A DNA stretch of 26,493 nucleotides from Candidatus Heimdallarchaeota archaeon B3_Heim (GTDB lineage Archaea; Asgardarchaeota; Heimdallarchaeia; Hodarchaeales; Hodarchaeaceae), in contig NJBF01000044.1 in assembly GCA_003144275.1 (NCBI GenBank), positions 1 through 26,493 of the forward strand, written 5' to 3'. Shown here piece after piece: positions 26,343 through 26,493 of the stretch. A program made the position numbers and the translations under genes. Below the pieces are notes generated by a model. That model made no database searches. It saw nothing but the letters and a program-made list of their open reading frames with translations, and had not been told where the DNA came from. Position 1 is the stretch's first letter. Each line of letters begins with the position of its first letter.

Positions 26343-26493
26343 TTTCTTAAACTCTACTATTATTTTTAAACAGAGGTGTTCAAAACTTTTTCCCTCCTAA
26401 TGATGAATAAGAGTGAAAATGCTTAGTTTTTCCAAGGATTTGATTATAACAGACTAGTAAAAGATCACTTAAAACAGCTAATTGTAAATGAAC

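Noticed and set aside
1-26493. tRNA/rRNA genes, IS elements, integrases, prophage
   Set aside because: No cloverleaf or rRNA-like stretches, terminal inverted repeats or recombinase motifs were seen, and the intergenic gaps are short.

Overview
A gene-dense, AT-rich window that looks archaeal. The evidence is BRE/TATA promoters, oligo-T terminators and a PGF-CTERM-type anchor. A 7TM-longin-like fusion and a Tat-less reductive dehalogenase suggest Asgard archaea, but that placement is inference. In order, the window holds: a DmpA peptidase; a PceA-like reductive dehalogenase with no Tat signal or RdhB, followed by an atypical 2-hydroxyacid dehydrogenase; and a CUT1 sugar ABC importer with very large permeases. 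Next is a glucosylglycerate/mannosylglucosylglycerate-type locus (MggS-like GT4, a second GT4, a GH13_18 phosphorylase with glucosylglycerate-phosphorylase motifs, and a GT-A gene broken by one in-frame TAA). Then come a membrane protein, a 4-PAS kinase-like protein with degenerate ATP boxes, a 7TM-longin-like protein, and an FGGY kinase-LarA-family epimerase-gnd operon resembling the Thermotoga GntK/GntE/Gnd mannonate route. A 54-aa membrane ORF missing from the track lies near the end. I saw no rRNA, tRNA, CRISPR array or mobile element. Family calls come from motif recognition only; no searches were run.
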